42,604 bases of DNA, from IMG/VR virus record IMGVR_UViG_3300002063_000003. One strand, given 5' to 3'. Shown here piece after piece: positions 17,182 through 23,485 of this stretch (positions are counted from its first letter, which is position 1; every line of letters begins with the position of its first letter). The stretch is from a virus. The notes below the pieces were generated by a model. The model did not search any database. It saw only the letters and a list, made by a program, of their open reading frames with translations, and had not been told where the DNA came from. The position numbers were made by a program, and so were the translations under genes.

Positions 17182-17890
17182 ATACTGCTCTAGCTATGTC
17201 TAGTGCTTTAAGTAGTTGTTTTCTAGTGACAGAAATTGAGTCAATATCGTTACCTGCATAAAGCACACCAACTACTTCGCCTTCATAATTAAAGGTAGGG
17301 GAGCCAGAGTTACCTGGACGAGTTACTACAGAAGATACATATGATTCAACACACCGGATGTCCTGCTCAACATAACCCCCGTAGTTAATGCACACTTTTT
17401 CTGTGTATTGCATAAAGCCTTCCCTAACTGTTAGGGGATATCCTTTAGGGTGACCCATAACAAATAGGGGATCGAAAGCTCTGGGATCCTCCTTAGCTAC
17501 ACTAAGTCCCTTTGTAGCTGTTGATGTAAGGATACAGACATCCGCTCCCTGATCTACGTGAATAACGCGTTGTATGGACGTGCCTACGATTCTAAATCCA
17601 GGGAGAGGAGCAGTTTTATCACTGGCCTCACAGCAGTGTCTGTTTGTTACGGTGTAAATTTTACCTCTATGGTATATAGAGGAAGCAGAACAGTATCTAC
17701 GGCCCGTTATAGTCCGCATAGACTGAATAAAAGGGGCAATGTACCTATACTTTGCTGATTCAGATTTTGAGTTAACTATACTTGATAGTTGAATGTTACT
17801 TTGACTAACAGGTTCTAACCTTCTATTGGCCTCAAGGGAAAGGCCAAAGACCAGCCCTATAATTGCTACTATCTTTAGCATTCTTTTCAT
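17165..17890 (-). CDS. Secreted trypsin/chymotrypsin-fold serine protease
   Basis: Sec-type signal peptide MKRMLKIVAIIGLVFGLSLEA. Catalytic triad contexts TNRHC (His), ADVCIL (Asp) and GNSGSP (Ser). Confidence 0.8.
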   Translation of the reverse strand: MKRMLKIVAIIGLVFGLSLEANRRLEPVSQSNIQLSSIVNSKSESAKYRYIAPFIQSMRTITGRRYCSASSIYHRGKIYTVTNRHCCEASDKTAPLPGFRIVGTSIQRVIHVDQGADVCILTSTATKGLSVAKEDPRAFDPLFVMGHPKGYPLTVREGFMQYTEKVCINYGGYVEQDIRCVESYVSSVVTRPGNSGSPTFNYEGEVVGVLYAGNDIDSISVTRKQLLKALDIARAVYGKNK

Positions 17891-18360
17891 TTTTTCTCCT
17901 TTTTTGGCGCTAGGAATGGATCTAACGACTGCATCTCCGCCATATCTATTACATCATAATCCTCTACATCAGTATGCCCAGGACTTTTAATGTCCTCTTG
18001 TGCTGCCATTTCATCTAGCCCCTGCAATACCTTAGTTATGTTAAGCATATCAACAGAACGCATGGTTTTACCTGACTCTTCAATTGCTAGTAAAGAGTTA
18101 TAAATAACCCTCAACCCTAATGTATGTATTTCTTTTAATTCGTGTCTAGTAGAACTTCTTATGAGTCCTATAAGCTCTTTCGCTGTCTCAGTACGCTCTT
18201 GTTCCCAAGATTGTCTTTGATAATATCTTAAGGTACTACGGGGTATGCCCGTCTCACGGGATATTTGCGTTAAAGGCATATGTTTCATATACATGGCCTG
18301 CGCCTGCTCAATCTGAGACTCAGAGTATTTTTGTGGTTTGAACTTCTTTATCTTACCCAT
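17887..18360 (-). CDS. HTH DNA-binding protein, candidate terminase small subunit
   Basis: 157 aa with the HTH segment LTQISRETGIPRSTLRYYQ. Located upstream of terL in the same operon. Confidence 0.45.
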   Translation of the reverse strand: MGKIKKFKPQKYSESQIEQAQAMYMKHMPLTQISRETGIPRSTLRYYQRQSWEQERTETAKELIGLIRSSTRHELKEIHTLGLRVIYNSLLAIEESGKTMRSVDMLNITKVLQGLDEMAAQEDIKSPGHTDVEDYDVIDMAEMQSLDPFLAPKKEKK

Positions 18361-18638
18361 TTTTGTACTAATTCCCTCTTAGGGATTATATCCGTTACAA
18401 GGAGCTGCCCTAGTTCAGTATTATATTCACCATATAAGTAACAACCATCTCTTAGCCACTTATAATCATAACTAAGCGCTTTTTGCTCTTTGGCTTCGTT
18501 GTAACACATCTTTTCTAATTGTGATTTATCATAAGAGTATATTAGGGTATCAAAAAGCGCATAGGTACCTGTAAAGAGTATAGCTATTAAGGATAGACAC
18601 ATAGCCGCGCTAAACAGTTTATCGAATATACTATTCAT
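18348..18638 (-). CDS. Hypothetical protein with an N-terminal TM anchor
   Basis: 96-aa ORF with the hydrophobic segment AAMCLSLIAILFTGTYALF. Confidence 0.5.
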   Translation of the reverse strand: MNSIFDKLFSAAMCLSLIAILFTGTYALFDTLIYSYDKSQLEKMCYNEAKEQKALSYDYKWLRDGCYLYGEYNTELGQLLVTDIIPKRELVQKWVR

Positions 18639-18873
18639 TATTAGCCCCTTCTGGCTCTTCGTGTTTTAGACTCATACTGACTAGACTAGAGTGAACTAGC
18701 TCCATAAGCTCATTTAAGCCATCTGATTCTTTAACATTACCCGCATCCAGCTCCTGCTTAAGGACTAGGTATAGGGCTTCCATCATCTGAGCACAATTGA
18801 TAAATGCGCCTTTCCAGATATCAGCTGCTGCCTCTAATTTGGCCTTACTTATAGTCTTTTTGTTTAGTTTCAT
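18631..18873 (-). CDS. Hypothetical protein
   Basis: ORF 18631..18882 in the track begins at GTG. ATG 18873 (MKLNKK...) is preferred. Confidence 0.45.
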   Translation of the reverse strand: MKLNKKTISKAKLEAAADIWKGAFINCAQMMEALYLVLKQELDAGNVKESDGLNELMELVHSSLVSMSLKHEEPEGANNE

Positions 18874-19300
18874 TGTTCCCACGTTTACCTCGCTTACGTT
18901 TCTGTTTCTTTTCCTTAATTCTTCGCGCCCTATTGGTTTCCCACTCTTCCACTAGCGTTTTCATAGCGTTTTTCACCCTTTTCGCCTGAGAACACAGTTT
19001 TGGAGCATGATGTCCAACCACCTCACAGACGATTTCCTCAAACATCGCGCTATCCAAGTCCTCTAGCTCATGTACATATGTAGAGGCTAGATAGGCATGC
19101 ATAAGCTCATGCCTAATTACTGCAAGTTCCTGATTTTCAAAGGAAAAATAGATTTCTTTAGTATCACTTTTGATAAATGCAGCTGACCCGGGGACTATTT
19201 TATTAAGCTCATGTTGAGTACCAAGGAATATTGTATACCTATCCCCTCTAATTAGGGTGGTCATTACTTTAGTGACCCTCTGGTCATCCCTTCTGCTCAC
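18845..19300 (-). CDS. HExxH zinc metallopeptidase-like protein (SprT-like) with a highly basic tail
   Basis: GTG start with AAGGGGA upstream. Motif IRHELMHAYL and C-terminus RRIKEKKQKRKRGKRG. First gene after the large ORF-free region. Confidence 0.45.
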   Translation of the reverse strand: MSRRDDQRVTKVMTTLIRGDRYTIFLGTQHELNKIVPGSAAFIKSDTKEIYFSFENQELAVIRHELMHAYLASTYVHELEDLDSAMFEEIVCEVVGHHAPKLCSQAKRVKNAMKTLVEEWETNRARRIKEKKQKRKRGKRGNNETKQKDYK

Positions 19301-20216
19301 TTGTTTCCCCTTATCTGTACCTGGTCAAGTAATAATCTTACCATAATTACATGGGTTTTGTCCAGTTTTGATACACTGCGTTCGCAGAAGGGGAAGTTAA
19401 GTGTACTATAAAGAACATTTTCGCCCTATTTATGTGCTATATAGTACACATTATGGACTACTTTTTAGTCCTTTGACCTGTTTCTTAGTGGCCAGACGCC
19501 CCTATACATATTTACATAGAATTTTATAGAAAAGGTATGCAATTTTACATTTAAAGTGCTCTAAGTGCCCTATATTACTAGCAGAGGGGGCCTAATTTTA
19601 CATAACAGATGTTCATGTGGTGACACCATAGACCCCATGCAAGAGTCATGCCATCCCTAGTGGGGGACCATAAATTTTAGTGGCCCTTATATAGATATTG
19701 TTTATACCTCTACTGATACTTGGCATGGTATGTGCTATTGCAATAAGCTAGCCAGTCCTATAATGAGATGCTGTAGGCAAAGCTGTGCATTAGAGAATGG
19801 TAAATAGCATGATGAATGACATAGTTGGCATGAATGTTGGGCTCCATGTACTCTATCAGTAGCCCTTGCTAAGCCCTATGCTGTCCTCAGATCGAATGTG
19901 TTACCTATATATAGTATCAATAATAGCGGTTTCAATGACTGCGCCGACGCCTAAAGCGTCGAACCTATATGAAACTGTCATGATACTTGATAACGATGAT
20001 TGTTGTATTACTTCACTAGTTCATCTATAATAGAACGGCGAAATTAGGTTGTCAAGTAAATTTTCCCGACATCTAATATACTAGCACTTGAGTGTAAAAA
20101 AGTTTATATTGCCTCATTTTGATACTAGTTATCATTTATTTACTAGCCTATTGCAGAGCGCTAAAGCTCCAGTAAGAGCCCTCAGTATTCGTTTTAATGA
20201 TAGGCAGGTATTCATC
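19301..20216. other. 916-nt ORF-free region: candidate long leader, ncRNA, origin or packaging region
   Basis: The track shows no ORF of 60 or more codons in any frame. My manual scan of ATG-initiated ORFs on both strands found none longer than 29 codons, and none with an SD. Many local inverted and direct repeats. Confidence 0.6.
20027..20055 (-). promoter_or_regulatory. Near-consensus sigma70-like promoter firing leftward
   Basis: On the minus strand: TTGACA (20055-20050), a 17-nt spacer, then TATTAT (20032-20027). Confidence 0.6.
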
Positions 20217-20414
20217 TCATTCATGCCTATTAGCCAATATATTAACTATTGTGTCTAATGCATCAAGCTGAAAGGCATCCATGAGCTCCATTTCAAGCTC
20301 CAATATCTCTCCAATCAAATCATCACCCAGAGCATTAACTAGGTTATCCTCAATACGCTTCATTAACATTTCTTTGTCTAGTTTTACTCGTGATCCACCA
20401 ATAGTAGCGCTCAA
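20217..20414 (-). CDS. Hypothetical acidic early protein
   Basis: 65-aa ORF with a 4-nt overlap with the upstream ORF. Confidence 0.5.
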   Translation of the reverse strand: MSATIGGSRVKLDKEMLMKRIEDNLVNALGDDLIGEILELEMELMDAFQLDALDTIVNILANRHE

Positions 20415-20626
20415 AACTTCCCCCTAACATTCGTACATCTTTCAATTACCTTAAGACACTTTTTAATATGAGCAATTTCTACCCTTATTTTTAAGTTATC
20501 TATAATGTGAGCTATAAATGGCATTGAAGAACATCTAACAGCCCTTAGGAACTGCCTTTTTGTAGTTAAGCACTCAACCTTAACAATATACTCATAGCCT
20601 TTTTGATTTACTGACGTTTTATACAT
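20411..20626 (-). CDS. Hypothetical early protein
   Basis: 71-aa ORF with AAGGAG upstream of ATG 20626. Confidence 0.55.
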   Translation of the reverse strand: MYKTSVNQKGYEYIVKVECLTTKRQFLRAVRCSSMPFIAHIIDNLKIRVEIAHIKKCLKVIERCTNVRGKF

Positions 20627-20734
20627 AACTTTACTCCTTAATTATGTCTATTTATGTAACCATGTGCTGAAAATGGTCTAAACTTGTTGAAGAATGTCGA
20701 TTTTTACACAAGTTTACAATTAGTTTTAATTATG

Positions 20735-20756
20735 TGCGACAATTGATGCGACAATT
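20735..20756. repeat. Tandem direct repeat TGCGACAATT-GA-TGCGACAATT
   Basis: Two identical 10-mers with a 12-bp period, in the 283-nt gap upstream of 20411..20626. Confidence 0.85.
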
Positions 20757-20909
20757 AGTTAAATGGCCTGTAAACACAGAATGCGTTCTCAACCTTGCTA
20801 TTCATGCGCTCAATAGACGCTCTCTCTAAGCATTCGAGCTTATGTGGCCCAACTTTCTTATGGACTGGTTGACTCATTCCAATCATAATTATTATTATAT
20901 AATACATTT

Positions 20910-21131
20910 TTATACCCCCTGGCTTGCAATATAAGCAAATGTTATGCTAAGTATAGCTATGGCTAATAACAATCTTGCGCCACTGCTGTTACCCTGGTTA
21001 TTTTCTAGTCTCTGTCGCTCTAGTACTGTCCTAAGGGACTGCCTAGGCCTATCAGTGGTTACATGTCGATATTGTGGACATATGTCGCCTTCATGTACAC
21101 TAAATTGCGTTTTATAGGTATTCATTATCAT
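20910..21131 (-). CDS. Hypothetical protein with a C-terminal TM segment
   Basis: 73-aa ORF with the tail LLLAIAILSITFAYIA. The start may instead be ATG 21125. Confidence 0.5.
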   Translation of the reverse strand: MIMNTYKTQFSVHEGDICPQYRHVTTDRPRQSLRTVLERQRLENNQGNSSGARLLLAIAILSITFAYIASQGV

Positions 21132-21264
21132 ATTCTCCTTTTGTTAGTACATCAAATGCACGAAAGATGCCATTTAATACAAACCTAACTATGTACATAG
21201 GCAAAATCATCAAAATAAACAACCAATTCACTGGATTTAGCCAGTACTTTTGCTTCTTACTCAT
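21112..21264 (-). CDS. Small membrane protein
   Basis: Start refined to ATG 21264 (MSKKQKYW...), 2 nt after the upstream stop, with GGAG upstream. One TM segment. Confidence 0.5.
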   Translation of the reverse strand: MSKKQKYWLNPVNWLFILMILPMYIVRFVLNGIFRAFDVLTKGEYDNEYL

Positions 21265-21266
21265 TC

Positions 21267-21710
21267 TTACTCCATTCCTAGGGCTAATTTTATACAAGTA
21301 CCAAGCCCATGCTTCTTTACACAATTAGTCGAGTCTGTAGTGTGAGGACTCATCATATTACCTATGTTATTCTTATCTCTCTTCTCTACGTGACCTAAAT
21401 CAAACTCACAGTGCAAAAGCTCATGGCTCATTAAGGCTACACGTTGCTCATATGTAGCTGTAGTCCAAAAACCAGGGTCTATAATAACCTCACTTCTACC
21501 TGAACTAAAGCTCCTACATACTCCGTTAACTGATGGAGACAGGGGCTCAAACTCAACGTGGCTTTGAACTTTAGTATCAACTTCTAGTTCAAAGATCTCT
21601 ACGTAATGAGTCAGATCTGGGTCGATGAACTGAGGCTCTAAATCTTTTTGCACACCACAGCCAGATAAAATCAGTAAAGCTAGAATTGTTATTGTTATTT
21701 TTTTAGTCAT
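21267..21710 (-). CDS. Lipoprotein zinc metallopeptidase-like protein
   Basis: Lipobox LLILSGC. Motif SHELLHCEFDLGH followed by a Met-turn-like NMMSP. Paralogous to 35127..35543. Confidence 0.6.
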   Translation of the reverse strand: MTKKITITILALLILSGCGVQKDLEPQFIDPDLTHYVEIFELEVDTKVQSHVEFEPLSPSVNGVCRSFSSGRSEVIIDPGFWTTATYEQRVALMSHELLHCEFDLGHVEKRDKNNIGNMMSPHTTDSTNCVKKHGLGTCIKLALGME

Positions 21711-21755
21711 ACTATATCATCGGCAGAGTTTTACAAAACTTTAGGGTTATTCTCA
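21711..21755. promoter_or_regulatory. Repeated regulatory motif, copy B
   Basis: ACTATATCATCGGCAGAGTTTTACAAAACTTTAGGGTTATT aligns with copy A at about 75-80 percent identity. The core is ATCGGC ... TTTACAAAACTTTAG. Confidence 0.5.
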
Positions 21756-21946
21756 AGTTTTTTCAATCTTCTGTTAATTGACTCCATACATTCCTGCTTA
21801 GCCTGAAGCTTTTCCGAATCAGCTAGTGAACTAAACTCTTCTTGTTTACCAAATGCTTCGTCCATTACTTTCATCGCCATTTCTAATATGTCTATTGTTT
21901 CCATGTAGTGTTTCTTTTTTAATTGATTCATTTTAAACCGCCTCAC
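21731..21946 (-). CDS. Hypothetical helical early protein
   Basis: 71-aa ORF that overlaps the upstream ORF by 14 nt. Confidence 0.5.
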   Translation of the reverse strand: MRRFKMNQLKKKHYMETIDILEMAMKVMDEAFGKQEEFSSLADSEKLQAKQECMESINRRLKKLENNPKVL

Positions 21947-22196
21947 TTATCATGTCTCTTAAGTAAGTTTCTAGCCTCTCACTCATAATCTCAGTACAGT
22001 TTATGTAGTTGTCTGAGTTTAAATTAGACACATTTACTTGCAACTCTATTTGAGAGTCTGGGTACTGTCTGCTGTAAGTCCCATATACACACACACCACC
22101 TACACTCGTCTCAAAATGCCCAGAAATTTCTCTACCCTGGACAGAATGTCCATCACCATCAATTAAATTATCTCTATATATATACATCTTTCTCAT
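21933..22196 (-). CDS. Hypothetical early protein (first gene of the leftward arm)
   Basis: 87-aa ORF with AAGGAG upstream of ATG 22196. Confidence 0.55.
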   Translation of the reverse strand: MRKMYIYRDNLIDGDGHSVQGREISGHFETSVGGVCVYGTYSRQYPDSQIELQVNVSNLNSDNYINCTEIMSERLETYLRDMISEAV

Positions 22197-22217
22197 CTTG
22201 CGCTCCTTTTTACTTAC

Positions 22218-22260
22218 AATATACCTATCGGCTGGACTTTACAAAACTTTAGTGATTATT
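22218..22260. promoter_or_regulatory. Repeated regulatory motif, copy A
   Basis: AATATACCTATCGGCTGGACTTTACAAAACTTTAGTGATTATT, located in the divergent control region. Confidence 0.5.
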
Positions 22261-22397
22261 TGCATTTTTTACAAAAAAGTTTCAGGCTGTCAATATTTTA
22301 TACAAATGTCATAAGTTTGACACTAATATGCTACAGAATTCAGCTGGGCTGGCCCATGTATTGCATAATACTTAGAATGATTATAAGAAATTATTAT

Positions 22398-22426
22398 TTG
22401 TCAGAGCCAGGCAACCTGTGTATACT
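22398..22426 (+). promoter_or_regulatory. Candidate sigma70-like promoter for the rightward arm
   Basis: TTGTCA (22398-22403), a 17-nt spacer, then TATACT (22421-22426). Confidence 0.4.
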
Positions 22427-22466
22427 GATAGAAAGCACAGAGCTAGCATTAGACGAGATAGAAGAG

Positions 22467-22595
22467 ATGGTTGGATATTTTGCCAAGCATTCATCACGTG
22501 CGGGCCAAATGCGTGGTGAAGTTATTGTGTACGCAGATGGTAGCCACGCAATACGTCATGCATTCACTAAGAAACTAATATGGAGAGAACTATGA
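22467..22595 (+). CDS. Small hypothetical protein (truncated version of track ORF 22260..22595)
   Basis: The upstream two-thirds of the track ORF overlaps promoter-like AT-rich sequence. ATG 22467 lies downstream of the candidate promoter. The SD is weak. Confidence 0.3.
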   Translation: MVGYFAKHSSRAGQMRGEVIVYADGSHAIRHAFTKKLIWREL

Positions 22596-22750
22596 AAAAA
22601 CTAATAAAGCTAATAGCTATAATTTGCATACTAGCCATTGTATTTGTAATAACAGGAACAGAGCCGACATTACTGAATGTGTGCATAGTTTTTGGAATTA
22701 TCAAGCTAGATGAACTAGTCTACTATACTAAGAAAAATGGAGGTAACTGA
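22592..22750 (+). CDS. Small membrane protein (52 aa, below the track cutoff)
   Basis: ATGA overlap with the previous ORF. MKKLIKLIAIICILAIVFVITG... is hydrophobic. The stop overlaps the next start. Confidence 0.5.
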   Translation: MKKLIKLIAIICILAIVFVITGTEPTLLNVCIVFGIIKLDELVYYTKKNGGN

Positions 22751-22926
22751 TGAGAGATAAAAAATGTGATGGAGGCTGTGCTGATTATAATGAATGCCGA
22801 GGTGATGTACAAAAGGTTGTATTAAACTGGGATGGAGATGAGCTTGAGCTTAATTACTGCGAGGAAGCTATATCAACTGACATTGAAAGAGGGTTTAATC
22901 CCCAAATCAAAGAGGAGAAAATATGA
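22750..22926 (+). CDS. Small Cys-containing protein (58 aa, below the track cutoff)
   Basis: MRDKKCDGGCADYNECRG... Start and stop are coupled to the neighbouring genes (TGATG and ATGA). Confidence 0.5.
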   Translation: MRDKKCDGGCADYNECRGDVQKVVLNWDGDELELNYCEEAISTDIERGFNPQIKEEKI

Positions 22927-23291
22927 AATTCTGGGAGGCCATGAGGGCGTTAGAAGAAGGTAAGGCAGTTACAAGGACACCTGAAAGTTACATATATAAG
23001 TACGTTAATAATAAAGTACACCCTAGAATTAGGTTAAAAAGAATGATTCTTGGAACAGATGTCGGGGAGTGGATGCATGATAAAGTATTCACTTCTTTAG
23101 ATACAGAAGCTGATGACTGGGAAATAGCGGAAGAGCCCGACCTTTACTGGCAGTGGAGAACAAAATCAGGTATTATTTTGCATTATGGTGGTTTCTTTAC
23201 TTTTTCAATACATGATTCACAAAAACACGCAGGGCCCTGGATTAAGACAGAAAATGGATTTAAAAAACATGAAACATGGGAGCAATATTAG
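22923..23291 (+). CDS. DUF2829 (Tad2-like) domain protein
   Basis: MKFWEAMRALEEGKAVTR ... LDTEADDWEIAEE matches the remembered DUF2829 pattern F-x-EA-x2-AL-x-EGK-x-V-x-R ... DDWEI. GAGGAG SD. Confidence 0.5.
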   Translation: MKFWEAMRALEEGKAVTRTPESYIYKYVNNKVHPRIRLKRMILGTDVGEWMHDKVFTSLDTEADDWEIAEEPDLYWQWRTKSGIILHYGGFFTFSIHDSQKHAGPWIKTENGFKKHETWEQY

Positions 23292-23485
23292 TGACTAATA
23301 AACAGATACAGTTATTAAAGTACTATGTACAAGTGCCCTATGAACTGCTCAGAAAAACAGAAGGAAGCTCCTTCCCAAATAATTATAAAAAAATTTCTAC
23401 TATACTGGGCAGTAAGTCTGAGGCGGAATTTGTAATTTTAGGAAAACGTTATTTAAATAGAATCAAAGGGGAAACTAGTGAGTAA
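23276..23485 (+). CDS. Hypothetical protein
   Basis: 69-aa ORF. The start may instead be GTG 23291, which overlaps the upstream TAG. Confidence 0.45.
   Translation: MGAILVTNKQIQLLKYYVQVPYELLRKTEGSSFPNNYKKISTILGSKSEAEFVILGKRYLNRIKGETSE

Noticed and set aside
19301-20216. The large ORF-free region as a third copy of the 26580/28705 RNA motif
   Set aside because: AGTAGCCC (19858-19865) and GGCCACT on the minus strand are the only resemblances. The ordered blocks GGAAGC, ACATAAG and the AGTAGC-loop hairpin are absent on both strands.
20735-20756. Tandem 10-mers, and other short repeats, as a CRISPR-like array
   Set aside because: There are only two adjacent copies separated by a 2-nt spacer, and no repeat-spacer periodicity of 25-40 nt anywhere in the window.
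20755-20886. 40-43-codon minus-strand ORF (M(IGM)SQPVHKKVGPHKLECLERASIERMNSKVENAFCVYRPFN) in the early intergenic gap
   Set aside because: There is no convincing SD for either ATG and no motif. Its stop overlaps the tandem 10-mers. I cannot support it without translation data.
22260-22466. N-terminal 69 codons of track ORF 22260..22595
   Set aside because: It has a TTG start without an SD. The region is AT-rich, full of promoter-like hexamers and contains the repeated regulatory motif. Only the C-terminal 42 codons are kept, at low confidence.
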